This document shows positions 43,354-53,159 of a DNA stretch of 64,000 bases, piece after piece. How positions within the stretch are numbered: the stretch's first letter is position 1; each line of letters opens with the position of its first letter. The notes below the pieces were generated by a model. The model saw only the letters and a program-made list of their open reading frames with translations. It ran no database searches and had not been told where the DNA came from. The translations under genes were made by a program, and so were the position numbers. This DNA comes from Oculatellaceae cyanobacterium bins.114 (GTDB lineage: Bacteria; Cyanobacteriota; Cyanobacteriia; Elainellales; Elainellaceae): NCBI GenBank assembly GCA_033764315.1, contig JANRJA010000077.1:1-64000 (forward strand). Direction: 5' to 3'.

Positions 43354-44238
43354 ATGGTGCCATTTCAGTTACAACCAGAGTCAACTTTCACGTTTCCGAC
43401 AGGCTATCGGTGTGCTGTTTTGTTGTCGTGGGATATGGATGCTGAGTCACCCTATCTGGCCGCTGATCCGCGCAATGCTCACCATTTGGGAGCGTTGTCA
43501 GATGGGGTCTATGGGGCAACCCAAGGATTACGACATATTCTGCATTTGCTGCGTCATTACAGCTTACCTGCCACTTTCTTTGTTCCGGGTTTGACAGCCG
43601 ATCGCCACCCTAAAGTCGTCGAACAGATTTTAGCAGCGGGTCATGAAGTAACTCATCATGGCTACTCGCACCAAAACGTCTTGTTGATGACAGAGGAGGA
43701 GGAAGAAGAGGACTTGGTCAAAGGCATTGAGGCACTGCGGCGATTGACAGGCACGATGCCCTTGGGATGGCGATCGCCCAGTTATGGCATTCGTCCTCAC
43801 ACGTTGCGATTGCTGGCGAAGTATGGATTTCGCTATGACAGCAGCCTTTTGGATGATGAGGTGCCTTACTTAATGCGCTTACCAGAGCGAGATATTGTGC
43901 AGTTGCCGATCAACCCGGCATTGGATGACTGGCAATATTTCAACGTGACGATGTTCCCTGATATCTCTGGCACAGTGTGCGCAGGGGAGGAGGTGTTGCA
44001 TATCTGGCGAGCCGAGTTTGAAGCCCTGTATGACGTTGGGGGGTGTTTTGTGTTGACCATGCATCCTCACCTGACCGGACGACCTAGCCGCATTAAAATG
44101 CTGAGTCGCTTAATTGAGCACATGCAATCGTTTTCGGGAGTCTGGTGGTCAACCGCCCGTGACCTCGCTGACTACACGCTAAATCAAGCTCAGTCACATG
44201 CAGTGATTCGGGATCCTCTCCAACTGGCCGTTACGTAA
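43354..44238 (+). CDS. CE4 polysaccharide-deacetylase family (PuuE/PgdA-like) amidohydrolase
   Basis: SWDMDAE, ATFFVPG, HEVTHHGYSH, GWRSP, YDSS, TMHP. Confidence 0.88.
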   Translation: MVPFQLQPESTFTFPTGYRCAVLLSWDMDAESPYLAADPRNAHHLGALSDGVYGATQGLRHILHLLRHYSLPATFFVPGLTADRHPKVVEQILAAGHEVTHHGYSHQNVLLMTEEEEEEDLVKGIEALRRLTGTMPLGWRSPSYGIRPHTLRLLAKYGFRYDSSLLDDEVPYLMRLPERDIVQLPINPALDDWQYFNVTMFPDISGTVCAGEEVLHIWRAEFEALYDVGGCFVLTMHPHLTGRPSRIKMLSRLIEHMQSFSGVWWSTARDLADYTLNQAQSHAVIRDPLQLAVT

Positions 44239-44285
44239 AACGATTCATGGATAGGGGTTCTTTTCTCAATGGTATGGGGCGAGTT

Positions 44286-45218
44286 ATGCATCAGATTTCA
44301 CTCTATTTAGAAGAGTTTTTGTGGTATCACCACTTAGGTTTATTAGCGGCGTTAGAGAGTCAGGCATTTGCAGATCAAGGGCTGACGGTGAAATTAGTCT
44401 GTCCAGAGTATCACACACAAGGCTTAGACAAAGTTGCCAGGGGCGAAGCAGACTTTGCCCTCTCAGAACCGATTCACACATTGCCGTTGCAAGTGCAAGG
44501 AAAACTCGTAGTGGCGATCGCCCAATTGTTTGAGTTGCAGGGCAGCAGCGTCATGGCACGAGCCGACAGAGTCAAAACCGCTGCCGATTTTGCCGGAAAA
44601 CGGTTAGGTTATCCGACGGCTCCCAGCCCTAATGGTCCGGCCATTTTGCGGCAAGTCGCTGACTCCCAGGGTGTGGTGCTAGATCCAAAGAGTATGCAGC
44701 GAGTGGTGATTGGCAGCAATTTGATTAGTGCATTAGAGCGAGATGCCGCTGATATCGTATTGGTCACGGCACAACACAGCATTTTATTGGCGCAGCAAAA
44801 GCGACTGCCCGTCACCCTTTTTTCCACTGAAGCCGCCGGGATTCCCAGTTTTGGTCACAACGTGTTAGTGACTCGCCAAGCGGTAATGGATACGAAGCCT
44901 GATCTGATTCAGCGACTGCTAAAGGCGATCGCCCACGGCACTCAACGGGTGCAAACCGATTGGGCCTATGCCCGTGCACTTGCCCAAAAGCATATTGCCT
45001 TTCCCGTTGAATCCGGTGAAGCCTTTCTTCAGCAGACGTTACCTGTGCTGACAGCAAACTTGCAACAACCCTCAACCCTATGGCAGCGCGTGCAGCACTG
45101 GATGCATGAAACCGGTTTGCTTCGCCAAACGATTTCAACCGAACGCGTATTCACCAATGAATTTGCGTTGCAGGTGTCATCAACGGAGCATTTTGTCTCA
45201 AGCCCATCAACCCTTTGA
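44286..45218 (+). CDS. NMT1/THI5-like binding-fold protein, no signal peptide
   Basis: GEADFALSEPIHTL, FAGKRLGY and C-terminal FTNEF motifs. Confidence 0.8.
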   Translation: MHQISLYLEEFLWYHHLGLLAALESQAFADQGLTVKLVCPEYHTQGLDKVARGEADFALSEPIHTLPLQVQGKLVVAIAQLFELQGSSVMARADRVKTAADFAGKRLGYPTAPSPNGPAILRQVADSQGVVLDPKSMQRVVIGSNLISALERDAADIVLVTAQHSILLAQQKRLPVTLFSTEAAGIPSFGHNVLVTRQAVMDTKPDLIQRLLKAIAHGTQRVQTDWAYARALAQKHIAFPVESGEAFLQQTLPVLTANLQQPSTLWQRVQHWMHETGLLRQTISTERVFTNEFALQVSSTEHFVSSPSTL

Positions 45219-45266
45219 TGGGAAAGGTGTTGGTTAATTCACTTTTGATTCTGAGGAGCACTTTTT

Positions 45267-46163
45267 ATGGATCGTCGTCATTTCCTACAGTTCTTTTTAG
45301 TCGGTGTTGGATTGGTGGCCTGCCAAACCACGACCACAACAGAGAGCAGCCCCAGTCCTGATGCGACAGCTAGCCCGACCGCTGGCAGTCAAGATGCATT
45401 AGATGAGATCAAAGCACGGGGCAAGATGATCGTTGCCATTGACCCAACCTTTGCACCGTTTGAATACACTGATGCCAGTGGCAAAATCATTGGCTACGAT
45501 CCAGCGATTTTAGAAAAAATAGCTCAAAGTTTGGAAGTCGAGATCGAATACCAACAGATGGCATTCTCTGGCATTATTCCTGGTTTGATTGCAGGCTCCT
45601 TTGACTTCACAGCGAGTGCTTTGTCTGTAACCGCAGAACGAGCACAAAAAATTGATTTCACCATTCCGATCGCAGAAGGAGTGAATGTTGTGTTGAAGCG
45701 AGCCGATGACACTTCAATCACCAGCAGCGATCCAGCATCATTGGCAGGCAAGCGATTAGGGGTTAAGGTCAACACCCAACCTGAACAAGTGATGAAAGCC
45801 ATCAGCGATGAATTGGTGGCACAGGGCAAACCCGCGATCGAGTTTCTCAGTATTGACACCGTAGAGCAAACCATTTCAGCCCTAGCCACAAAGCGGATTG
45901 ACTTTGTAGTAGACGATCAGTTGGTATTGGCGCAGGTGGTGCGCGAACGCCCGGAAGCCAAACTCGAAATTGTCGGTCCGATTGGCCCTAAAACCTACAT
46001 TTCCTGGGGCACAAACAAGAGTGATCCCAAACTCAACGCCTATCTCAACGAGCAGATCAAAGCCCTAAAGACCGACGGCACCTTGAGCAAACTGCAAGCA
46101 GAATATTTTTATGGCATCACCTTTGATGCCTTACCGGAAGCAGATTTTGTCCCTGCGGCTTAA
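45267..46163 (+). CDS. Polar amino acid ABC transporter substrate-binding lipoprotein
   Basis: DRRHFL Tat-like motif and LVAC lipobox; FAPFEY, TAERAQKIDF. Confidence 0.92.
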   Translation: MDRRHFLQFFLVGVGLVACQTTTTTESSPSPDATASPTAGSQDALDEIKARGKMIVAIDPTFAPFEYTDASGKIIGYDPAILEKIAQSLEVEIEYQQMAFSGIIPGLIAGSFDFTASALSVTAERAQKIDFTIPIAEGVNVVLKRADDTSITSSDPASLAGKRLGVKVNTQPEQVMKAISDELVAQGKPAIEFLSIDTVEQTISALATKRIDFVVDDQLVLAQVVRERPEAKLEIVGPIGPKTYISWGTNKSDPKLNAYLNEQIKALKTDGTLSKLQAEYFYGITFDALPEADFVPAA

Positions 46164-46315
46164 GCTCTCCCTTACAAAGAGGCAATTTAGTATCCCGTAG
46201 AGTGCCACGCACCAATTGCTTGGTATTTTCATTTCTGGAAATCGCCTTAGCAGTCGGCGTTCTTAAGAACTCCGACTGCTGCAACCCAACCTGTTTCAAC
46301 CCGATCCTGTTTTCT

Positions 46316-46978
46316 ATGGAAGAACTTGTTAGCCTCCAAGAATCCTTGCCCCAATTGCTCACCGGGGCGATCGTTACAGTGCAACTGACCCTATGTTGTG
46401 TAGTAGTCAGCCTTTGCATGGGGATTGCCTCTGTCGCTTTACAACTCTCTCGGTTGCCATTGGGTTATGGGTTGAGTCGGGTTTATGTCAGCATCATGAG
46501 GGGCACACCGTTGCTCGTGCAACTCTTTGTTGTCTTTTTTGGGCTACCGTTAATCGGTCTGCAAGGTCAAGCTTTTGCCTCAGCCGTGTTAGCGATCGGG
46601 TTAAATAGCGGTGCCTATGTGACGGAGATTTTGAGGGCATCTATTCTTGCGATTCCACAAGGGCAAGTAGAGGCTGCACGAACGGTGGGCATGTCTACTC
46701 TACAAATTTGGCAACGGCTGATTTTGCCCCAAGCCTTGGTGATGAGTCTCCCAGCACTAACCAACGAGTTCACTATCGTCTTGAAATCAACGCCGTTAGC
46801 ATCGGTGGTGGCGGTCACGGAATTAACCTTTACCGGGCAACTGATTGTCTCACGCACCTTTCGCCCTACGGCTGTGTTGCTAGCTGTGGCAGGTGGATAT
46901 GTGATCGTGTCTCTGACATTTTCACAGTTTTCACGTTGGTTAGAACGATACTTTGCTGAGTATAAGTTAAGTGCTTAG
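46316..46978 (+). CDS. Amino acid ABC permease
   Basis: RGTPLLVQ, AYVTEILR, GQVEAA. Confidence 0.92.
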   Translation: MEELVSLQESLPQLLTGAIVTVQLTLCCVVVSLCMGIASVALQLSRLPLGYGLSRVYVSIMRGTPLLVQLFVVFFGLPLIGLQGQAFASAVLAIGLNSGAYVTEILRASILAIPQGQVEAARTVGMSTLQIWQRLILPQALVMSLPALTNEFTIVLKSTPLASVVAVTELTFTGQLIVSRTFRPTAVLLAVAGGYVIVSLTFSQFSRWLERYFAEYKLSA

Positions 46979-46990
46979 GAGGCGATCGCT

Positions 46991-47647
46991 ATGGATTGGG
47001 TGTTAATGCTAAAAAGCATCCCATTATTAGTCAATGGTTTAGGTTGGACTATCGTTATCTCAGGATTGGGAATGATGTTAGCCATGATCATGGGAATCGG
47101 TTTAGTGATCATGCGGCGATCGCCCATTCCACTGTTCCGATTTTTATCGCAGTGCTACACAGAAATTATTTTAGGAGTCCCAATTTTAGTCTTGCTGTTT
47201 GTGATTTTCTTCGTATTGCCCAACTTTGGCATTGTCATCGATCCACTCCCCGCTGGACTCTTAACCCTGATGTTGCACTACTCTCCCTATATCGCTGAAG
47301 TGATTCGAGGAGCACTCGATGCAGTTCCCAAAGGGCAGATTGAAGCCGGTCGAGCGATTGGCATGGCGCGTCATGAAATTGTGCAACGCATTGTCTTGCC
47401 TCAGGCGATCGGGGTGATGTTGCCACCCTTAACCGGACAGTTTATTGGACTGATTAAAGACTCTGCCATCTTGTCGGTGATCTCGGTCGCAGAACTCACC
47501 TTTGTTGCCAAACAGGTGATCTCTCGAACCTATGCGCCATTTGAAATCTACATTCTCATCGCCATTGGTTATTGGGTTTTAACCTTTGTGTTAGAGCTGG
47601 CTCTACGCAAATTAGAAACCCGTTTTACTGCTTACCGTTATGGGTGA
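46991..47647 (+). CDS. Amino acid ABC permease
   Basis: YIAEVIRG, GQIEAG, LIKDSA. Confidence 0.92.
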   Translation: MDWVLMLKSIPLLVNGLGWTIVISGLGMMLAMIMGIGLVIMRRSPIPLFRFLSQCYTEIILGVPILVLLFVIFFVLPNFGIVIDPLPAGLLTLMLHYSPYIAEVIRGALDAVPKGQIEAGRAIGMARHEIVQRIVLPQAIGVMLPPLTGQFIGLIKDSAILSVISVAELTFVAKQVISRTYAPFEIYILIAIGYWVLTFVLELALRKLETRFTAYRYG

Positions 47648-47652
47648 TTGTC

Positions 47653-48471
47653 ATGAGTTTCATCAATCCTGCCATTCAAACGGCTATCCAGACCGAAGAT
47701 CTCTACAAATCCTTTGACCAACTGGAGGTGTTGCGGGGTGTGAATCTCACGGTCATGCCCGGAGAGGTGGTTTGCATTTTAGGCCCGTCGGGTTCTGGCA
47801 AATCTACGCTGCTGCGCTGTCTCAACTGGCTCTCGCCTCCCACTCGTGGTCGTGTGTGGATTGGTGGGCGACGGTTGGGGGTCAAAGAAACGGCTGAAGG
47901 GAGAATGGTGCCGCAATCAGATGCCGAACTGCGAACGATGCGAAGCCAGATTGGGATGGTGTTTCAGGGGTTTAACCTGTGGTCACACCGGACGGCGTTA
48001 GAGAATGTGATGGAAGGACCGCTCATTGTTCGCAAGTTGAACAAAAAAGTAGCCAAAGAACGGGGCATGTATTTTTTGGAGCAGGTCGGTTTGATCGATA
48101 AATGGAATGTTTATCCATCGAAGTTGTCAGGGGGACAACAACAACGGGTGGCGATCGCCCGTGCCCTGGCAATGGAACCAGAAATCTTGCTATTTGATGA
48201 ACCCACCAGTGCCCTTGATCCAGAGCTAGTGGGGGAAGTGTTAGCAGTCATGCGCGACTTGGCTCTAAAACACACCACAATGTTGGTGGTGACACACGAG
48301 ATCGGGTTTGCTGCTGAAGCGGCTGATCGCATTGTGTTTATGGATCAAGGGCAAATTGTAGAAGAAAACACCCCCAAAGAATTTATCCGCAATCCTCAAG
48401 AAGAGCGATCGCGCCAATTTCTTAATCAATTTCTTAGCCGCAATCCGTTTAGCTATATCGCTAACGTCTGA
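47653..48471 (+). CDS. Amino acid ABC ATP-binding protein (GlnQ-like)
   Basis: GPSGSGKS, LSGGQQQRV, FDEPTSALDPE. Confidence 0.95.
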   Translation: MSFINPAIQTAIQTEDLYKSFDQLEVLRGVNLTVMPGEVVCILGPSGSGKSTLLRCLNWLSPPTRGRVWIGGRRLGVKETAEGRMVPQSDAELRTMRSQIGMVFQGFNLWSHRTALENVMEGPLIVRKLNKKVAKERGMYFLEQVGLIDKWNVYPSKLSGGQQQRVAIARALAMEPEILLFDEPTSALDPELVGEVLAVMRDLALKHTTMLVVTHEIGFAAEAADRIVFMDQGQIVEENTPKEFIRNPQEERSRQFLNQFLSRNPFSYIANV

Positions 48472-48483
48472 AAGAACTGGTTT

Positions 48484-49515
48484 ATGGAACTCGCCTTTAA
48501 CACCCTTGATCTCGATCTGCTAGACGACTTGAGCATTTCCTACGAATCAGTCAACACGCTCAACAATGTCATTATTTACCTCACCGCAAGGGGGCAAACC
48601 GGTCTGGGGGAAGCCTCTCCCCATGCGGCTTATGGCGAAACTCAAGAGACCACCATTGCAGTTCTCAACTATCTCAAACCAACACTGGAGGCGATCGCCG
48701 ATCCGTTTCAGGTCATCGATATTTTGGCTCGGCTAGACGACCTGATTGAGGGACACGCTGCCACCAAAGCCGCTATCGACATGGCGTTGTATGACCTGAT
48801 AGGCAAACTGCTCGGCGTTCCCCTCTATCAACTGTTGGGGTTAAATCCTGAGAAAACGACGCATCTCACCTACACCATCGGCATTGACACAGTCGATCGC
48901 ATGGTGGAAAAGGCGATCGCCGCCAGCCATTACAAATATCTCAAAGTTAAGCTAGGAAGCTCTTATGACAAAGACATCATCACTGAGATTGCCAGTGCAA
49001 CGCCTGCGATTTTGCGGGTGGATGTCAATGGGGGATGGGAAGCCCGTCACGCCATCCGCTTTATCAACGAGGTGTTGGTGCACCATCCGGTGGAGTTTGT
49101 GGAGCAACCCCTCGCGCCAGGAGACTTTCGCGGCATGAAACTGCTGCATACCGCATCAGCGTTACCGATCGTGCTCGACGAAAGCATCAGCGATATGAAT
49201 AGCATTTTGCGCCATGCCGATTGTGTTGATGGGGTGAATATCAAATTGATGAAATGTGGAGGTATTCGCAATGCTCTAAAGATGATCCACACTGCACGAG
49301 CACTGGGTCTCAAGGTGATGCTAGGTTGCCGAGTCGAAACATCATTAGCGATCACAGCCGCTGCCCATTTAACACCCCTGGTCGATTTTGCCGACCTAGA
49401 TTTACACCTGCTCGTGGCCGATGATCCCTTTATCGGAGCCACCCTAGACAACGATGGCAAGTTTGTTTTGCCAACCGCTCCCGGTTTGGGGGTACAGGTA
49501 AAACCAGTGCCCTAG
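48484..49515 (+). CDS. Dipeptide epimerase (enolase superfamily, L-Ala-D/L-Glu epimerase-like)
   Basis: KVK, D.N, EQP, DES, NIKLMKCGG, DLD. Confidence 0.88.
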   Translation: MELAFNTLDLDLLDDLSISYESVNTLNNVIIYLTARGQTGLGEASPHAAYGETQETTIAVLNYLKPTLEAIADPFQVIDILARLDDLIEGHAATKAAIDMALYDLIGKLLGVPLYQLLGLNPEKTTHLTYTIGIDTVDRMVEKAIAASHYKYLKVKLGSSYDKDIITEIASATPAILRVDVNGGWEARHAIRFINEVLVHHPVEFVEQPLAPGDFRGMKLLHTASALPIVLDESISDMNSILRHADCVDGVNIKLMKCGGIRNALKMIHTARALGLKVMLGCRVETSLAITAAAHLTPLVDFADLDLHLLVADDPFIGATLDNDGKFVLPTAPGLGVQVKPVP

Positions 49516-49529
49516 AGCCTGTCTGCTTG

Positions 49530-49642
49530 TTCTGCTCGTTCCTCAGGCTCTGCCTGGGAACATCAATCTAGAGGCTCTGCCTCTTTTTAGCTCAGGTGAC
49601 AGAGCTGCCCACAAGTATTTTTAGCCAGAGGCTAGAAACGAA
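49530..49642. repeat. REP-like palindromic repeat
   Basis: CTCGTTCC..AGGCTCTGCCTGGGAA...GAGGCTCTGCCTC...AGAGGCTAGAAACGA; partial copy near 51792. Confidence 0.55.
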
Positions 49643-49668
49643 AATGAACCCTTACACGGAGTACAACC

Positions 49669-50916
49669 ATGACTGAACTTGCGCGTTACGGCAGCCCTTA
49701 TAACTGGATGTCTGACACCGTTAAAAACTCAAACAAACCAGAGACTGTCATCATCAACGACCTGACTCTGCAAGGGGATGCCGAAGAGATGGCAGGCGTA
49801 CAAATTGGTGAAGCCGACAAGATCGCGATCGCCACTCGATTGAGCGAATTGGGTGTTCCACGGATGTCGGTGTTGGGCTTTTCGCCGCGCCCGCCAAAGG
49901 AGGAAATCAAAATTGTCGAAAAAATCTTGGCATTAGATTTGCCGATGCAATTTGGGTCATTTGTCAAATCGCCAGAAGAAATTGATATTGCTGCCCAGAT
50001 TGGCTTATGGGGCGTGACGATTTTGATTTGGGTGAATGACACGACCCTACCTCAAGGTAAAACTGGGGCTGATGTGCTCGATCGCGTCCAATATCTGACC
50101 GAATACGCCAAATCAAAAGGACTGCACACCTGTTTTATGGCAATGGATGCCACTCGCACGCGCCTGGAGTTTTTGCAAGCCGCCATCAAAACCGCTGAAC
50201 CCTATTGCGATGAAATTACGATCGCTGATTCCTTGGGTGTTGCTTCTCCCTATGGCTTTCAATACTTGATTCAAACCGTCTGTAGTTGGACAAATCTGCC
50301 CATTCAGGTGCATTGTCATAACCATTCATCTATGGCGGTCGCTAATGCGATGGGGGCAATTCTCGGTGGTGCGACTGTGATTCACGCCACCGTCAATGGC
50401 ATGGGCGAACTGGCGGGCTTGCTGCCTCTAGAAGAGTTAGCCGTTGCCCTATCGATGCACCTGAATGTTGCTACAGGCATTAAGTTAGAGAAACTCAAAG
50501 CCATGTCAGAACTGGTCGCCAAAGCCACAGGTGTTCCTGTCAACATTCAAAAACCCGTCGTGGGCGATCGCGCCTTTTGCATTCCTGAAACAGAGGAAAT
50601 TCAAGAAGCGTTGTATGCCCTAGAAGAAAAAGGGGTTTTACAAGAGAGTCTGACCTATCCCCCGGCACTGGTGGGTAATCAACTGCACATGTCAATCGGG
50701 CGACGCTGTAATGAATACACTGTTCGCTATAACCTGGGTTTGCGCGGCTGGGCAGCGGATGCAGACACCACTCAGCAGATCATTCAAGCCGTTCGAGACA
50801 TTGCCTGGGCACAAGACGGTTACTACTTGATGAGTGAAGATGAGTTTTTTGAGTTGATTCAAGCTAAGGGCTTTCAACTCACTCCGCTGCACCCCAAATA
50901 CCCCGTTGGTGTCTAG
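49669..50916 (+). CDS. Divergent DRE-TIM metallolyase (homocitrate/isopropylmalate synthase-like)
   Basis: IADSLG, VHCHN, TVNGMGE, KPVVGDRAF; N-terminal motif altered to DLTLQGDAEE. Confidence 0.8.
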   Translation: MTELARYGSPYNWMSDTVKNSNKPETVIINDLTLQGDAEEMAGVQIGEADKIAIATRLSELGVPRMSVLGFSPRPPKEEIKIVEKILALDLPMQFGSFVKSPEEIDIAAQIGLWGVTILIWVNDTTLPQGKTGADVLDRVQYLTEYAKSKGLHTCFMAMDATRTRLEFLQAAIKTAEPYCDEITIADSLGVASPYGFQYLIQTVCSWTNLPIQVHCHNHSSMAVANAMGAILGGATVIHATVNGMGELAGLLPLEELAVALSMHLNVATGIKLEKLKAMSELVAKATGVPVNIQKPVVGDRAFCIPETEEIQEALYALEEKGVLQESLTYPPALVGNQLHMSIGRRCNEYTVRYNLGLRGWAADADTTQQIIQAVRDIAWAQDGYYLMSEDEFFELIQAKGFQLTPLHPKYPVGV

Positions 50917-50942
50917 TAGAGATAAGCCCCTACAAAGTATCT

Positions 50943-51108
50943 AACGTCAGTTCGGTTTAAGAGCCTAGCGAATAAATTCGCAGCTATCAGAGCGAAGTTC
51001 GCCTTCGCGAACTACGGAGAATCAAGGGTTGAGTGAACCGACCTGCGTCGGTTCAGCTCCTGTAGTTGCGGTTTTAACCGCCAAAATCCTTATCCCGAAT
51101 TCACGTTA
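50943..51108 (+). mobile_element. MITE family A, copy 3
   Basis: TAACGTCAGTTCGG...CCGAATTCACGTTA. Confidence 0.9.
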
Positions 51109-51136
51109 TCTAGGGCTTACCCATGTGGAAATCGGT

Positions 51137-51715
51137 TTAAGTAAAAATCTCAGCAGAAGTGAGAGCAAAGTTAGGGACTATATTGGACTGAATTTGATCC
51201 GATCCTCTATATACCTTGTCCTCATACTGTCCATCAATCCAATGACAGACGGTAATCTGTCGTTCCTTTGGGTCAATAATCCAATACTCATCAATCTCGC
51301 GGGCGGCATATTCTGTGTGTTTATAGCGATAATCGCGATCGCGGTTTGCCTTGCCGGGAGAAACAATCTCAATGACGAGTGCTGGGGGCGGCATATCACG
51401 GGTAATTGTGGCGCGGGTTGTGCCTGCTAATGCTGCTTTTGATGCTTCCGTATGGACTAACAAATCGGGTAATCGACACCGCGCCCGTCGCCCTGTAACC
51501 TCCAGTTCAGTTCCCCAGGCGACCCATGAAACGGGCAGGTGTCTGATCAGTTCTAACAGCAGTTTCCTGGCAATTTCAAGATTTTCGTCACTTTCGGGTG
51601 GCATCTCAACTAGCTCTCCATCCACCAGTTCATAACGGGTGTCGGTGCTATCGTCATAGGCGAGATACTCTTCAAAGGTGAGAGATTTAGGTTTGGATGA
51701 AGCAGTTTGGCTCAT
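51137..51715 (-). CDS. Uma2-family (DUF820) protein
   Basis: [32 protein letters not shown]. Confidence 0.92.
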   Translation of the reverse strand: MSQTASSKPKSLTFEEYLAYDDSTDTRYELVDGELVEMPPESDENLEIARKLLLELIRHLPVSWVAWGTELEVTGRRARCRLPDLLVHTEASKAALAGTTRATITRDMPPPALVIEIVSPGKANRDRDYRYKHTEYAAREIDEYWIIDPKERQITVCHWIDGQYEDKVYRGSDQIQSNIVPNFALTSAEIFT

Positions 51716-51846
51716 GGGTACAATCGCCCCAAAGTGACAGGTATCACAGCAATTTTAACCAATTTTAATAAGGGTTCAGAATGCGATCGCTTTCCAGGCA
51801 GAGGGTTAGAAACGAGAGCCAACCCCTCAAGCGCAAGATGATGAGC

Positions 51847-52230
51847 TTAAATCTGAGACGTTATGACTTCAGAGTCTGCTTTTGATTTACTTCGATAGCG
51901 ACGACGCACCTGCTCACTTTTGCGTACTCCGCCTGCTGCCTCATATTCACTGCTGTTGCGACCAAACTTAGACGCAACCCCCAACAACATGTGATCTGTC
52001 AAATCTGCTAACGTCTTCTCAAACTCCAACATCTCAACATAGGTCGAATCAACACTGGCTAAAAGCTGGTTATAGAGATCTTGCTTGCGCCGCATTAACT
52101 CAATCGCCTCTAAAAAGCTAGACAGCGATCGCGAATTGCCAAAATCTAGCTCTATTCCCAGCGATTTTAACCCTGCGGCTCGACGTTCTGCTTTCTCTAA
52201 TACAGTAGATGACCGTTTCTGACGTGCCAT
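51847..52230 (-). CDS. Conserved hypothetical alpha-helical protein
   Basis: MARQKRSS..LEKAERR...LLGVASKFGRNSSEYEAAGGVRKSE; recalled as a recurrent cyanobacterial family. Confidence 0.8.
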   Translation of the reverse strand: MARQKRSSTVLEKAERRAAGLKSLGIELDFGNSRSLSSFLEAIELMRRKQDLYNQLLASVDSTYVEMLEFEKTLADLTDHMLLGVASKFGRNSSEYEAAGGVRKSEQVRRRYRSKSKADSEVITSQI

Positions 52231-52382
52231 GTCTTTTCTCAATCAACGATAGATTTAATGTACCCAGTTGCTTTTGTAGGCTCTGCCAGTAAAAGTAATG
52301 AAAAATGGATGGGCGATCGCTGTTATGTCGAAATGACTCGGTGATTTTTCTGAGACTCCTGCCTAAATGAATGGCTCAAGCG

Positions 52383-52550
52383 GTAACTGAGTTCTCAAGT
52401 GGGGCAAAGGACCTCTCCTTGAGAGCAACTGAGTTCTTCGTAGGGGTTAATGAGTTCTCCTTGAGAGCAACTGAGTTCTCAAGTGGGGCAAAGGACTTCT
52501 CCTTGAGAGCAACTGAGTTCTTCGCAGGGGTCAACGAGTTCTCATTTAAC
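52383..52550. repeat. 21-bp tandem array (8 units; 84-bp block duplicated)
   Basis: Units such as GCAACTGAGTTCTCAAGTGGG, GCAAAGGACTTCTCCTTGAGA, GCAACTGAGTTCTTCGTAGGG, GTTAATGAGTTCTCCTTGAGA. Confidence 0.9.
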
Positions 52551-52556
52551 CCCCAT

Positions 52557-52927
52557 TCAAACCCCCTGTGCGACTATTCCAGATCCCCGGTTTCTAGTGA
52601 TGGGAATCAGATCAAAGTTGGGTGGAATTCCAACTAATTGCTGCACTCCTTCTGCTGTCAGAGTCTGAGCTTGCACAGCAAACACCGCTTGTAACTCCTC
52701 AGAGGCTTGAGCGATCGCCCTTACCTTTCTGAGATATCGCTTACTGATCTGTTCCCAATTAAACTCATCGGGCAAACGAGGCAAATTTAGACTATTCCAG
52801 GTGTTTGCTAGTAGTGAAGTGCCCAAAGGAATCAGCTACGCTGCATCGCCTCAACTCGCTATGAAAAGTGGTAGCGCAGTTGGCTGCAAAAGTCCGGAAT
52901 TTGTTTGAAATACTCAATCCAGCTCAT
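52557..52927 (-). pseudogene. Possible degraded gene
   Basis: MSWIEYFKQIP... interrupted by stops and a frameshift; protein-like 89-aa distal part. Confidence 0.35.
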
Positions 52928-53159
52928 CCTAGAAAACGGAACCTGTCAATCGAGCTTCACAAATAGAACCTAAAGAACGAGTTAATCGTTGTTCTTTAGA
53001 ACTTTGTCCAGGATAAATATACAAGAAAAATTATGACGAAATAGACTGATCAAACCAAGAAATAACGATAATAGAGTTGTCTTGGATGCAATTGTATCTT
53101 GTTCTCACTACAGCTAGGTCTAGCCACGTTGTCTTTACACCTCAAGGAGACTAACGATC

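Noticed and set aside
51029-51430. 133-aa ORF (also 54903-55118 and the 42176-42313 extension)
   Set aside because: Start in MITE/REP sequence or run antisense to real genes
52383-52550. CRISPR array
   Set aside because: Contiguous 21-bp units, no unique spacers, no cas genes
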